From Candidatus Marinacidobacterium sp. (lineage in GTDB: Bacteria > Acidobacteriota > Vicinamibacteria > Marinacidobacterales > Marinacidobacteraceae): a DNA stretch of 64,000 nucleotides. The notes under the pieces were generated by a model. The model was not told where the DNA came from, ran no database searches, and was given only the letters and a program-made list of their open reading frames with translations. Location of the stretch: contig OZ242011.1 of the NCBI GenBank assembly GCA_965204755.1, forward strand, positions 1,440,001 through 1,504,000, written 5' to 3'. Both the position numbers and the translations under genes were made by a program. This document shows, in pieces, positions 29,220-37,801 of the stretch. How positions within the stretch are numbered: the first letter of the stretch is position 1; every line of letters starts with the position of its first letter.

Positions 29220-29912
29220 TCAGCGGACCAGCGACTGCGCCATCACCAGCGAGATCGGGATGATCACGACCCAGAACCACCGCTGCTGCGACCGCCGGAG
29301 GTCCGCGGTTTCGGTCCGGACCTCGGTCCGGACCTCGGCGACCTCCGTCCGGAGGTCCCGGATCTCGACCTTGAAGTCCTGGCGGAGGGTCGCGATCTCG
29401 AGGGTGAACTTGGCTTCGAGCCGGTCTATCCGGCCGTCGAGGCGGCGCTCGATCCCGTCCAGACGGTGGTCGATCCCGTGCAGGCGGTGGTCGATCCCGT
29501 CCAGGCGGTTGTCGATCCCGTCCAGACGGTTGTCCATCCCGTCCAGGCGGTTGTCGATCCCGTCCAAGCGGTTGTCGATCCCGTCCAGACGGCGGTCGAT
29601 CGAGCGCAGGTGGTGTCCGATCGCGTGGAGCGCGGCGGCGACGCTTCCGTCGGCGGCAGGCGCGAGCGGGCCGGGGGCGGGCGCGAAGGGGCCGGGGGCC
29701 GGCGCACCGGGGCCGGGGGCCGGCGCGCCGGGGAACGGCGTTCCGCCCGCGGGCGGGGCGGGCGGCGTCCCGGCCGCCGAAAGGGCCGGGGGCGCGGGGG
29801 GAGCGTCGGCCGGCGCGGGCTTCTCGCTGCTGTGTTCGGTCACGGTCTCGCGCTGAGCGTAGTCCGCGGAGCGAGGGGCCGCAACCGCGGCTCCGGGGGC
29901 GGGTTCGGGCAT
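29220..29912 (-). CDS. Tail-anchored coiled-coil protein, paralog 3 (expanded heptad repeat)
   Basis: Near-identical N-terminus and SD to paralog 2; seven RLDGIDN-type heptads; C-terminal TM. Confidence 0.78.
   Translation of the reverse strand: MPEPAPGAAVAAPRSADYAQRETVTEHSSEKPAPADAPPAPPALSAAGTPPAPPAGGTPFPGAPAPGPGAPAPGPFAPAPGPLAPAADGSVAAALHAIGHHLRSIDRRLDGIDNRLDGIDNRLDGMDNRLDGIDNRLDGIDHRLHGIDHRLDGIERRLDGRIDRLEAKFTLEIATLRQDFKVEIRDLRTEVAEVRTEVRTETADLRRSQQRWFWVVIIPISLVMAQSLVR
29449..29595 (-). repeat. In-frame 21-bp tandem repeat x7
   Basis: Units start at 29449, 29470, 29491, 29512, 29533, 29554, 29575 (consensus TCGATCCCGTCCAGGCGGTTG on +); two units in paralog 2 (28392-28433). Confidence 0.92.
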
Positions 29913-30186
29913 CGTCGTCCTCCTGACGAGTGGCGGGATCGGCTCGCCGACGAGGCGCCGGCGGACGGAATCCGCGCGATTCACTCGTTTACTGAACGGA
30001 TGTCCGAGAATTTCTGCTCACGAAAGCGCCGCCGGGGGCGCTTTTTCGGATAAGTCGCCTTCCGGCGGCCCGTTTCCGCCGGTCGAGGGGGCCTCGACTC
30101 CCGGGCGGGCGCTCCGAAGTCGCCCCTGCCGGCGATGGTCGCCGGGCGGGCCGCCGGCCGAGGCGGGAGTGTCCCCCGGGAGGTCC

Positions 30187-31749
30187 TCAGCCGACTTGGC
30201 GGACCCGCCACTTTTCCAACTCGTCGTCTACGCGATCCACGAGCGGTTGGATGCCGCTCTCCGGGCGGCGGGACTCGAGTCGGGCGGTGAGTCGGCAGAT
30301 CTCCGGGACCTGGCGGCGAAGCATGTCGGCGAGCGTGCGGAGTTCGCTCTTCGCGATTTCCGCCCGCGTATCGGAAGCGTGCGCATACACCTTCTCGATG
30401 CGGTCCAGGTTCTCGGCGAGTTCCGCCGCGGTCACGCCCAGTTCGGGCGCGACTCCTCCGACTTGGCCGCGAAGAGATTTCCAGACCCATTCCTCCGGGG
30501 CCTCGCCCGGGAGGTAGAGGACCGACGGTTCGGCGCCGGCGGCGGCGCGGATCTTCTCTTCCACGGTCCCGCCGCGCCGGTCGCCGTCCAGGACGAAGAC
30601 GAAACCGGTCAGCCCCCCGAACTTGCCGAATGCAGCGGCGTGGGTCGGGAACTCGTCCGCGCCGGTGTCCCGTCCGATGCGCACGAATTCCCGGCGGATG
30701 TCGTGGCGCGGAAGCACCGTGTCCAGGACGCCGTCGAGCACCGCCTCCGCGGCTTCGTCTTCGCAGAGGAAGTTCAGCGTGAACGAGGATCTCCCGTAGA
30801 GCGCGTTCTGGATGACATCGCGATAGGGAGGAACCACCCGGACGGCGCCGTCCGCTCCGCGGTCCAGGAAGATGCGCGCATAGCGCGGAACGGTGTCCAG
30901 GACGACCGCGCTGTGGGTCGTCACCAGGATCTGGAGGCCGCGCCGGAGCGCCAGCCGCTGCAACTGCAGCATGAGGAGTTGCTGGGCCCAAGGGTGGAGA
31001 CCGGCTTCCACTTCGTCTATGAGCACCAGCGCGTCGTCCAGTTGCGCGATCGCCTGGGCCAAGCGAAAGACGGCGCGTTCTCCGGCGGCCATCTGCAACT
31101 CCGAGTATTGCGCGCCGCCGTTCTGCGTGGCGTAGAGCAGGTTGCGGCCGTCGAGCGACAGGTCCACGACCTCCGAGTAGCGAAACGGCAACATCGTCTG
31201 GGCGAACTCGACCTGCGACGCCGTGAGGGCGGTTTCCGGCGGCGAGGTCTCGGGCCGGGAACGGCGGAGGATGCTCCGCACCTCCGAAGGATCGGTGAGG
31301 TTGGCGAGAGTGCGCAGGTACACCGGACGGCTCGGCTGCTTCGCGCCCCGTCGGCCGAAGAAACTGCGGTTCCAGCCCTTGGCGAAGCGCCATCGCATCG
31401 ACAGGCTTCCGTCGGGCGTGGAGTAGTCGTACTCGATCACGATCTCGCCCTGCGCGTCTGCGCGCTCCCCGACCTCGGGGCGATAGGCCGGGAAAAGCGA
31501 CGACGGGACGAACTCCCGCAGCGCGGCGTCCGGAACCCGGTACGCGGCGGCCGCGGCGGACAGCACCGTGGACTTGCCGGTGGCGTTACCTCCCGCGATG
31601 ACGGTCACCGGGTACGGGAAAGTGACGCGGAGATCGGTGATGCCGTGGATCCCCGCGAGACGCACTTCGTGGAGGTAATACCGATAATGCGGCGTCTTTC
31701 CCTGAAGGGCGTCCCACAGGTCGAAATGAGCCCGACCGGACACCGACAT
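30187..31749 (-). CDS. ABC/AAA_21 ATPase fused to a TOPRIM-like domain (OLD/PARIS-like ATP-dependent nuclease)
   Basis: GGNATGKS Walker A, MAAGE signature, LIDEVEAGLHP Walker B/D-loop, VTTHS; C-terminal FLCEDE and VLDGD acidic motifs. Confidence 0.8.
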   Translation of the reverse strand: MSVSGRAHFDLWDALQGKTPHYRYYLHEVRLAGIHGITDLRVTFPYPVTVIAGGNATGKSTVLSAAAAAYRVPDAALREFVPSSLFPAYRPEVGERADAQGEIVIEYDYSTPDGSLSMRWRFAKGWNRSFFGRRGAKQPSRPVYLRTLANLTDPSEVRSILRRSRPETSPPETALTASQVEFAQTMLPFRYSEVVDLSLDGRNLLYATQNGGAQYSELQMAAGERAVFRLAQAIAQLDDALVLIDEVEAGLHPWAQQLLMLQLQRLALRRGLQILVTTHSAVVLDTVPRYARIFLDRGADGAVRVVPPYRDVIQNALYGRSSFTLNFLCEDEAAEAVLDGVLDTVLPRHDIRREFVRIGRDTGADEFPTHAAAFGKFGGLTGFVFVLDGDRRGGTVEEKIRAAAGAEPSVLYLPGEAPEEWVWKSLRGQVGGVAPELGVTAAELAENLDRIEKVYAHASDTRAEIAKSELRTLADMLRRQVPEICRLTARLESRRPESGIQPLVDRVDDELEKWRVRQVG

Positions 31750-31778
31750 TCACCCCGTCCGCGACCGCGGGACGAAGT

Positions 31779-32948
31779 TCACTCCGTGGGCGGGAGATCT
31801 TCGAGCAGGTCCTCCCGGTAAGGAAAGAGCGCCGGGGTTCCTCCGGTATGGACGAACACCACGGTGTCCTCCGGGCCGAGGACGCCGCTCTCCACGAGAT
31901 GGACGAGTCCGGTCATCGCTTTCCCGGTGTACACGGGATCGAGGAGGATGCCTTCGGTCCGCGCGACTCGCGCGATCGCCGCGACGATCTTCTCGTTGAC
32001 GATTCCATACCCCTCGCCCACATAGTCGTCGAGAACGGTGACATCGCCGGGAACGATCTCGATACCGAGATCCATCGCGGAAGCGGTCTCCTGCGCGATC
32101 CCCAACACATTCCTCTCGCTCGCTTCCTTCGCGCCGCCGGTGCTGATCCCGATCACGCGCACTTCCGGCGCGAGCGCCTTCGCGCCCACCACCAGACCGG
32201 CCTGCGTGCTGCCGGAACCGGAAGCGTGCACCACATGGGTCATTCCGATGCCGCGTTCCTTCGCCTGACCCAGCAACTCGCGAAAGCCGTTCGCGTAGGC
32301 GACCGCGCCGAGCGGGGCGGTCATCGAGTGGCCGGTGCGCGAACCGCCGACCGCGACCACATAAGGATTCCCCCCGGCCTCGCGGACCGCGGCGGCGACG
32401 CGCTCCACTTCCGCTTCCCGGTCGTCGTCCGGTTCGAGCAGGCGCACCTCCGCGCCGAGCAGTCGGTCGAGGAGCAGGTTGCCGTCGGCGGGCGCCACCG
32501 GCTGGCCTTCCCGGCGCTGCAACACCAGGGTCGCCTCCATCCCCAGGCGGCGGGCGCCGGCGGCGGTCATCCGCGCCCAGTTGGACTGCACCCCGGCCCA
32601 GGTGATCACCCGGTCGCTGCCGCGCGCCCGGGCGTCGGCGAGGATGAAGTCCAGTTTCCGCGCCTTGTTGCCGCCGAGCGCCAGCCCGGTCTGGTCCTCC
32701 CGTTTCACGAAGAGCCGCGGGCCGCCGAGTTCGGCGGCGAGCGCCGGCATCTCGTCGAGCGGCGTGGGCAGGTGGGCGAGCGGCGCGCGCTCGAATCCGG
32801 CGACGGCTCGATCGAAACGGGCCATGGCGTCTCCTTCGGACGGGTCGCCCGCGCCCCCGCCTCCGGTCCCGCAGGCGGCCAAGGCGGCCGCCGCGGCGGC
32901 GAAGAGCGGGAGACACCGGGAACGGCGCGGCGAGCGAGGAACGGGCAT
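31779..32948 (-). CDS. D-cysteine desulfhydrase/ACC-deaminase family PLP enzyme
   Basis: KREDQTGLALGGNKARKL, QSNW, SGSGSTQAGL, LLDPVYTGKA, HTGG; N-terminal lipobox LAAC or internal ATG 32825. Confidence 0.88.
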   Translation of the reverse strand: MPVPRSPRRSRCLPLFAAAAAALAACGTGGGGAGDPSEGDAMARFDRAVAGFERAPLAHLPTPLDEMPALAAELGGPRLFVKREDQTGLALGGNKARKLDFILADARARGSDRVITWAGVQSNWARMTAAGARRLGMEATLVLQRREGQPVAPADGNLLLDRLLGAEVRLLEPDDDREAEVERVAAAVREAGGNPYVVAVGGSRTGHSMTAPLGAVAYANGFRELLGQAKERGIGMTHVVHASGSGSTQAGLVVGAKALAPEVRVIGISTGGAKEASERNVLGIAQETASAMDLGIEIVPGDVTVLDDYVGEGYGIVNEKIVAAIARVARTEGILLDPVYTGKAMTGLVHLVESGVLGPEDTVVFVHTGGTPALFPYREDLLEDLPPTE

Positions 32949-33100
32949 GGGGGAAACCTCTCGGGGGAGCGGGCTGCGCCGGGTCGAAGCGAGCGCCCCG
33001 CGGCCCCTCTCGAAAAGGAAGTGTACGGGGAACCGAACGGGCCTCCGCCGCCTCGGGCTCGCCCCTAGAATTCCCCGCTCGCCCCGTCCCCGGAACCCGT

Positions 33101-34726
33101 TTGGCCCGTCTCGAATCCCGCCTGCTCACGGGTTCCGATGAGTTCCGGGCGAACCGGAAACACTGGCTCGCCGCCGCGGAAGTCCTGCGGCAGCGGCGGG
33201 ACGCCATCCTCCGGGGAGGCGGCGAGGCGGCGCGGGAGCGCCACCGCGCCCAGGGGAAACTCCCGGTGCGCGAGCGGATCGAGTTGCTGACCGATCCGGG
33301 GACCCCGTTTCTGGAGATCGGGGCGTTCGCCGGGTTCGAGTGCTACGACTCGCCGACCCCGGCGGCGGGGCTGGTCGCGGGAGTGGGGTCGGTCTCCGGG
33401 CGGCTGGTGATGGTGGCGGCCAACGACGCCACGGTGAAGGGCGGCGCCTACTACCCGCTCACGGTGAAGAAGCACCTCCGGGCGCAGGAGATCGCGCGGG
33501 CGCTCCGCCTGCCCGCCGTTTACCTGGTGGACAGCGGCGGAGCGTTCCTGCCGCTGCAGGCGGAAGTCTTCCCCGACCGCGAGCACTTCGGGCGGATCTT
33601 CCGCAACCAGGCGGTGATGAGCGCCGAAGGCATCCCGCAACTCTCCGCGGTGATGGGGATGTGCACCGCCGGCGGCGCCTATGTCCCGGCCATGAGCGAC
33701 GAGGCGATCATCGTCGGCGGGGCGGGGACGATCTACCTGGGCGGCCCGCCGCTGGTGAAGGCGGCCACCGGGGAGACGGTCACCCCGGAGGAACTGGGCG
33801 GCGCGCGGGTGCACACCGAGCGCTCCGGCGTCGCCGACTACTTCGCCGAGGACGACCGGGACGCCATCCGGCAGTTGCGCGGCCTGGTGGCCCGGCTGGG
33901 GCCCGCCGGGACGAAGCCGGCGGAGAGCCGGACGCCGGAGCCGCCGCTCTACCCCGAAGAGGAGTTGCTCGGCGTCCGGCCGCGGGACGCGCGGGTGCAG
34001 CAGGACATCCGGGAGACCTTGGCGCGGCTGCTGGACGGCAGCCGGCTCGACGAGTTCAAGGCGCGTTACGGGACGACCCTGGTCACCGGTTTCGCCCACC
34101 TCGAGGGAATCGCGGTGGGCGTGGTGGCGAACGACGGCGTCCTGTTCAGCGAGAGCGCGCAGAAGGGGGCGCACTTCGTCCAACTGTGCGCCCGCGAGGG
34201 ACTCCCGCTCCTGTTCGTCCAGGACATCACCGGGTTCATGGTGGGCGCCCGCTACGAACACGGGGGGATCGCCAAGGACGGGGCGAAACTGGTGAACGCG
34301 GTGGCGACCGCCGGCGTCCCGAAGATCACCCTCATCGCCGGCGGGAGTTTCGGCGCCGGGAACTACGCCATGTGCGGGCGGGCCTACGACCCGGCGTTCC
34401 TCTGGACCTGGCCGTCCAGCCGCATCTCGGTGATGGGCGGCGAGCAGGCGGCCGCGGTGCTGACCGAAGTGAAACGCAGCCAGCGGGAGCGGGCGGGGGA
34501 GGAACTCCCGGCGGAGGAAGCGGAAGCGATCGCGGCGCCGGTGCGCGAGAAGTACGAACGCGAGGGGTCGCCGTACTACGCCTCGGCGCGCCTCTGGGAC
34601 GACGGGATCGTGGACATGCGCGAGACCCGGCGCGCGCTGGCGCTCAGCCTGGCGGCGGCGCTCGAAGCGGGACGGCCGGGTTCGGGCGCGGCGCCGCCGC
34701 CCCGCCACGGCATCTTCCGGATGTGA
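33101..34726 (+). CDS. Acyl-CoA carboxylase carboxyltransferase subunit (methylcrotonyl/geranyl-CoA type, MccB/LiuB/AtuC family)
   Basis: ANDATVKGG, VDSGGAFLP, CTAGGAY, ITGFMVG, GAGNYAMCGRAY, RLWDDG. Confidence 0.92.
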   Translation: MARLESRLLTGSDEFRANRKHWLAAAEVLRQRRDAILRGGGEAARERHRAQGKLPVRERIELLTDPGTPFLEIGAFAGFECYDSPTPAAGLVAGVGSVSGRLVMVAANDATVKGGAYYPLTVKKHLRAQEIARALRLPAVYLVDSGGAFLPLQAEVFPDREHFGRIFRNQAVMSAEGIPQLSAVMGMCTAGGAYVPAMSDEAIIVGGAGTIYLGGPPLVKAATGETVTPEELGGARVHTERSGVADYFAEDDRDAIRQLRGLVARLGPAGTKPAESRTPEPPLYPEEELLGVRPRDARVQQDIRETLARLLDGSRLDEFKARYGTTLVTGFAHLEGIAVGVVANDGVLFSESAQKGAHFVQLCAREGLPLLFVQDITGFMVGARYEHGGIAKDGAKLVNAVATAGVPKITLIAGGSFGAGNYAMCGRAYDPAFLWTWPSSRISVMGGEQAAAVLTEVKRSQRERAGEELPAEEAEAIAAPVREKYEREGSPYYASARLWDDGIVDMRETRRALALSLAAALEAGRPGSGAAPPPRHGIFRM

Positions 34727-34736
34727 GGGGGCGGAG

Positions 34737-36698
34737 GTGACGGCGGCGCGATCGGGTTCGGGAGCGGGGGCGCCGCGCGCCGGGAGCGGGGTCGTCCGGG
34801 TGGGGAACGCCGGGGGGTACTGGGGAGACGACCGGCGGGCGCTGGAGCGGCAGGTGCTCGGGCCGGCGCCGCCGGAGTTCGTGACCGCGGACTTCCTAGC
34901 GGAGATCTCGATGGGCCTGCTGAAAAAGCAGCAGTTGCGGGACCCGGACGCCGGCTACGCCCGGGACTTCGTGGAGCAGGCCGCCCCGCTGCTGGGCGCC
35001 GTCCGGGAACGCGGCATCACGGTGATCTCGAACGCCGGCGGCGTGAACCCGGAGGGCTGCGCCGAGGCGCTGCTCCGGGCGGCGGCCGCCGCGGGAACGC
35101 CGCTCACGGTGGCGGTGGTCTCCGGGGACGACCTGATGCCCGACCTGGACCGGCTCCTGGCCGCCGGAGTCCCCTTCGACGACCCGGAGACCGGCGAACC
35201 GCTCGGCGACCGGCGGTCCTCGGTGGCGGCGGCGAACGCCTACCTCGGCGCGGAGCCGGTCGTCCGGGCGCTCGCGCACGAGCCGGATGTGGTGGTCACC
35301 GGCCGGGTCACCGACACCGGCCTCACGCTGGCGCCGCTGCGCTTCGCGCTCGGCTGGGACGCCGAGGATTGGGACCGGATCGCGCAGGGCCTGGTCGCCG
35401 GACACCTGATCGAGTGCGGCGCGCAGGCCACCGGGGGCAACTTCACGGACTGGCGCCGGGTCCCCGGCCTCGGCCGCCAGGGGTTTCCGGTGGTCGAGGC
35501 CGAGGCGGACGGCGCGTTCACCCTGACGAAGCAACCGGGGACCGGCGGGCTGGTGACGCCGCCGGTGGTGAAAGAGCAGTTGCTCTACGAACTCGGCGAC
35601 CCGGCGCTCTACCTGTCTCCGGACGCCACCGTGGACTTCACCGAGGTAACGGTGGAGGCGAGCGGGCCGGACCGCGCGCGGGTGACCGGCGCGCGGGGAG
35701 GCCCGCCGCCGGACACGCTGAAAGTGAGCCTGGCGCTGGACGGGGGGTTCCGGGTGGACGCGGCGCTCCTCATCGGCGGCCCGGAAGTCCGGGCGAAGGC
35801 CGAGGCGTTGGAAACCGCCCTCCGGGAACGGCTCGCCGCCGACTGCGAGGCCGCCGGCGTCCCGGCGCCCGACGAAGTGCGGATGGCCCTGGTCGGGGGC
35901 GGCGGCCTGCAGCGCGGCTTCGGCGGGGACGGCGGCGGGGAATCCCGGGCGGAGCCGGCGGAGGGACTCGTCCGCTTCGCCGCCCGGAGCGCCCGGCGGG
36001 AACCGCTGGAGATCCTGCGGCGGCTGGCCCCCGGCCTGCTGCTGAGCGGGCCGGCGGGTCTTGCGGTGACCGGCGGCGCGCCGCGCGTGTCCTCCGTCGT
36101 TCGCTACCGGCCGTCGCTCGTCCCGAGGGAAGCGGTTACGGCGCGGGTCCGCGTGCTTCGCGGGCAGGCCGGCGGAGCCCGGGAGGTGATCGCCGAGGAG
36201 GAGGTTCCGTGTTCCGGGCCGACCCGCCAACCGGACGCCGGCGCGATGGCGGCGGCCTCCGGCGGCCTCCCGCGGGGACTCCGGCGGACGGACGACGACG
36301 AGAGGGATGTCGAGGTCCCGCTCGGCGCCGTCGCGCACGCGCGGGGCGGGGACAAGGGCGACGCGGCGAACCTCGGCGTCGTCGCCCGGAGTCCGGAGTG
36401 CTTTCGCTGGCTCCGGGAGCGCCTGACCGCCGAGCGGATGGCGGAGTGGGCGGCGGACATCGCCGACGGCCCGGTCCGCCGCTATGCGCTCCCGGGGACC
36501 GGCGCGCTGAACTTCGTCCTCGAGAAGTCGCTCGGCGGCGGAGGGGCGGAGAGCCTGCTGCCCGACCCGCAGGGCAAGACCCTCGCTTCGGCGCTCCTGC
36601 TCCGCCGGGTGCGCGTCCCGGCGGCGATCCTCTCGTCCGTCGCCGAACCGGCCCGTCCGACCGCGCCGGAATACCGGCCCCCGGAGAATCCTCCATGA
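34737..36698 (+). CDS. Acyclic terpene utilisation AtuA-family protein
   Basis: GNAGGYWGD, DFLAEISM, NAGGVNP, GHLIECGAQATGGN, EQLLYE, ARGGDKGD, DPQGK. Confidence 0.9.
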   Translation: MTAARSGSGAGAPRAGSGVVRVGNAGGYWGDDRRALERQVLGPAPPEFVTADFLAEISMGLLKKQQLRDPDAGYARDFVEQAAPLLGAVRERGITVISNAGGVNPEGCAEALLRAAAAAGTPLTVAVVSGDDLMPDLDRLLAAGVPFDDPETGEPLGDRRSSVAAANAYLGAEPVVRALAHEPDVVVTGRVTDTGLTLAPLRFALGWDAEDWDRIAQGLVAGHLIECGAQATGGNFTDWRRVPGLGRQGFPVVEAEADGAFTLTKQPGTGGLVTPPVVKEQLLYELGDPALYLSPDATVDFTEVTVEASGPDRARVTGARGGPPPDTLKVSLALDGGFRVDAALLIGGPEVRAKAEALETALRERLAADCEAAGVPAPDEVRMALVGGGGLQRGFGGDGGGESRAEPAEGLVRFAARSARREPLEILRRLAPGLLLSGPAGLAVTGGAPRVSSVVRYRPSLVPREAVTARVRVLRGQAGGAREVIAEEEVPCSGPTRQPDAGAMAAASGGLPRGLRRTDDDERDVEVPLGAVAHARGGDKGDAANLGVVARSPECFRWLRERLTAERMAEWAADIADGPVRRYALPGTGALNFVLEKSLGGGGAESLLPDPQGKTLASALLLRRVRVPAAILSSVAEPARPTAPEYRPPENPP

Positions 36699-37522
36699 CC
36701 ACCCCCCACCTCTCCCTGGACTACGGCGACCACGGGGTCCTCCACCTCCGCCTTCGCCGCCCGGAGGCGCGGAACGCGCTGACCCCGGAGATGGTCGCCG
36801 GGATTCCGGTCTTGCTCGCCGAAGCCGCGGCGCTCCCGGCGGAGGACTGCCGCCTGCTGGCGCTCCGGGGCGACGGCCCGGTGTTCTGCGCCGGGGCGGA
36901 CATCCGGGCGATGCGCGAGTCGGGCCGGGCGGGCGAGGAGGCGAACCTCGCGGACGCCCGCGGCTTCGCGTCGCTGTTCCGGTCGGTGGCGTCGTTCCCG
37001 GCGCCGGTCATCGCCGGAGTCCAGGGGGCGGCGATCGGCGGCGGTTTCGGGCTCGCGGTGGCCGCGGACCTGGTGGTGGCCGAGGAGAACGCCCGGTTCG
37101 GCACGCCGGAGGCGCGGCTCGGACTCACCCCGGCGGTGATCTCGCCCTATGTCGTCCGCCGCCTCGGCCCGGGCGCGACCGGCCCCTTCCTCCTCGGCGG
37201 CTCGGTGGCGGCGGGAGCGGAGGCGCAGCGCCTCGGCATCGCCCACGAACTGGCCCCGCCGGGCGACTTGGATGGCGCCGTAGCCCGCGCTGTCCGCCGC
37301 TTCCTCGAGTGCGCCCCGAACGCCGTCCGGAAGACGAAGGAGTTGATCCTTCGCGAGTCCCCGCTCCCGCCCCCCGAAGTCGAGGAAGCGACCATCCGCA
37401 CCATCGCCGCCGCCCGCGCCTCCGAGGAGGGCCAGGCCGGCGCCGCCGCCTTCTTCGCCCGAAAGCCGCCGCCGTGGATGCCCCCGGCGGCGCCGAAAGA
37501 CGCGGACGAAGGGGGCTCGTGA
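36695..37522 (+). CDS. Enoyl-CoA hydratase (methylglutaconyl-CoA hydratase-like)
   Basis: ATGA overlap with AtuA; RPEARNAL, FCAGAD, AIGGGFGL, EARLGLTPAVISPYV. Confidence 0.9.
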   Translation: MTTPHLSLDYGDHGVLHLRLRRPEARNALTPEMVAGIPVLLAEAAALPAEDCRLLALRGDGPVFCAGADIRAMRESGRAGEEANLADARGFASLFRSVASFPAPVIAGVQGAAIGGGFGLAVAADLVVAEENARFGTPEARLGLTPAVISPYVVRRLGPGATGPFLLGGSVAAGAEAQRLGIAHELAPPGDLDGAVARAVRRFLECAPNAVRKTKELILRESPLPPPEVEEATIRTIAAARASEEGQAGAAAFFARKPPPWMPPAAPKDADEGGS

Positions 37523-37801
37523 ACCGGCCGCGTCGAGGGGGCAACGGCACGAAGAAAAAGCGGAACCTGCAACGACAGGTCTCCCGTGGCGCGGCTCCGT
37601 AGAATGGCGACGAGAAGCGAGACGCGACGACGGACAGGACCCCATGCGATCCCCTCGGCGGCAGTCAGCCTCCGCGGAACTGCCGGAGCCGGCCGAGCAC
37701 CGTAACCTCCGGGAACTTCCGAGCCGGAGCGTGGCCGAACGCATGACATCGAACTTGACCGATGCGGCGTCCGGCGCCGAGGCGCGACGGAGGACCGAAC
37801 G

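Noticed and set aside
29449-29595. 21-bp periodic array as a CRISPR
   Set aside because: Units are contiguous with no spacers, lie in frame in a coiled-coil gene, and no cas genes are present.
28175-29912. Paralog pair as DGR template/variable repeats
   Set aside because: No reverse transcriptase in the window, differences are not obviously adenine-specific, and both copies are intact genes.
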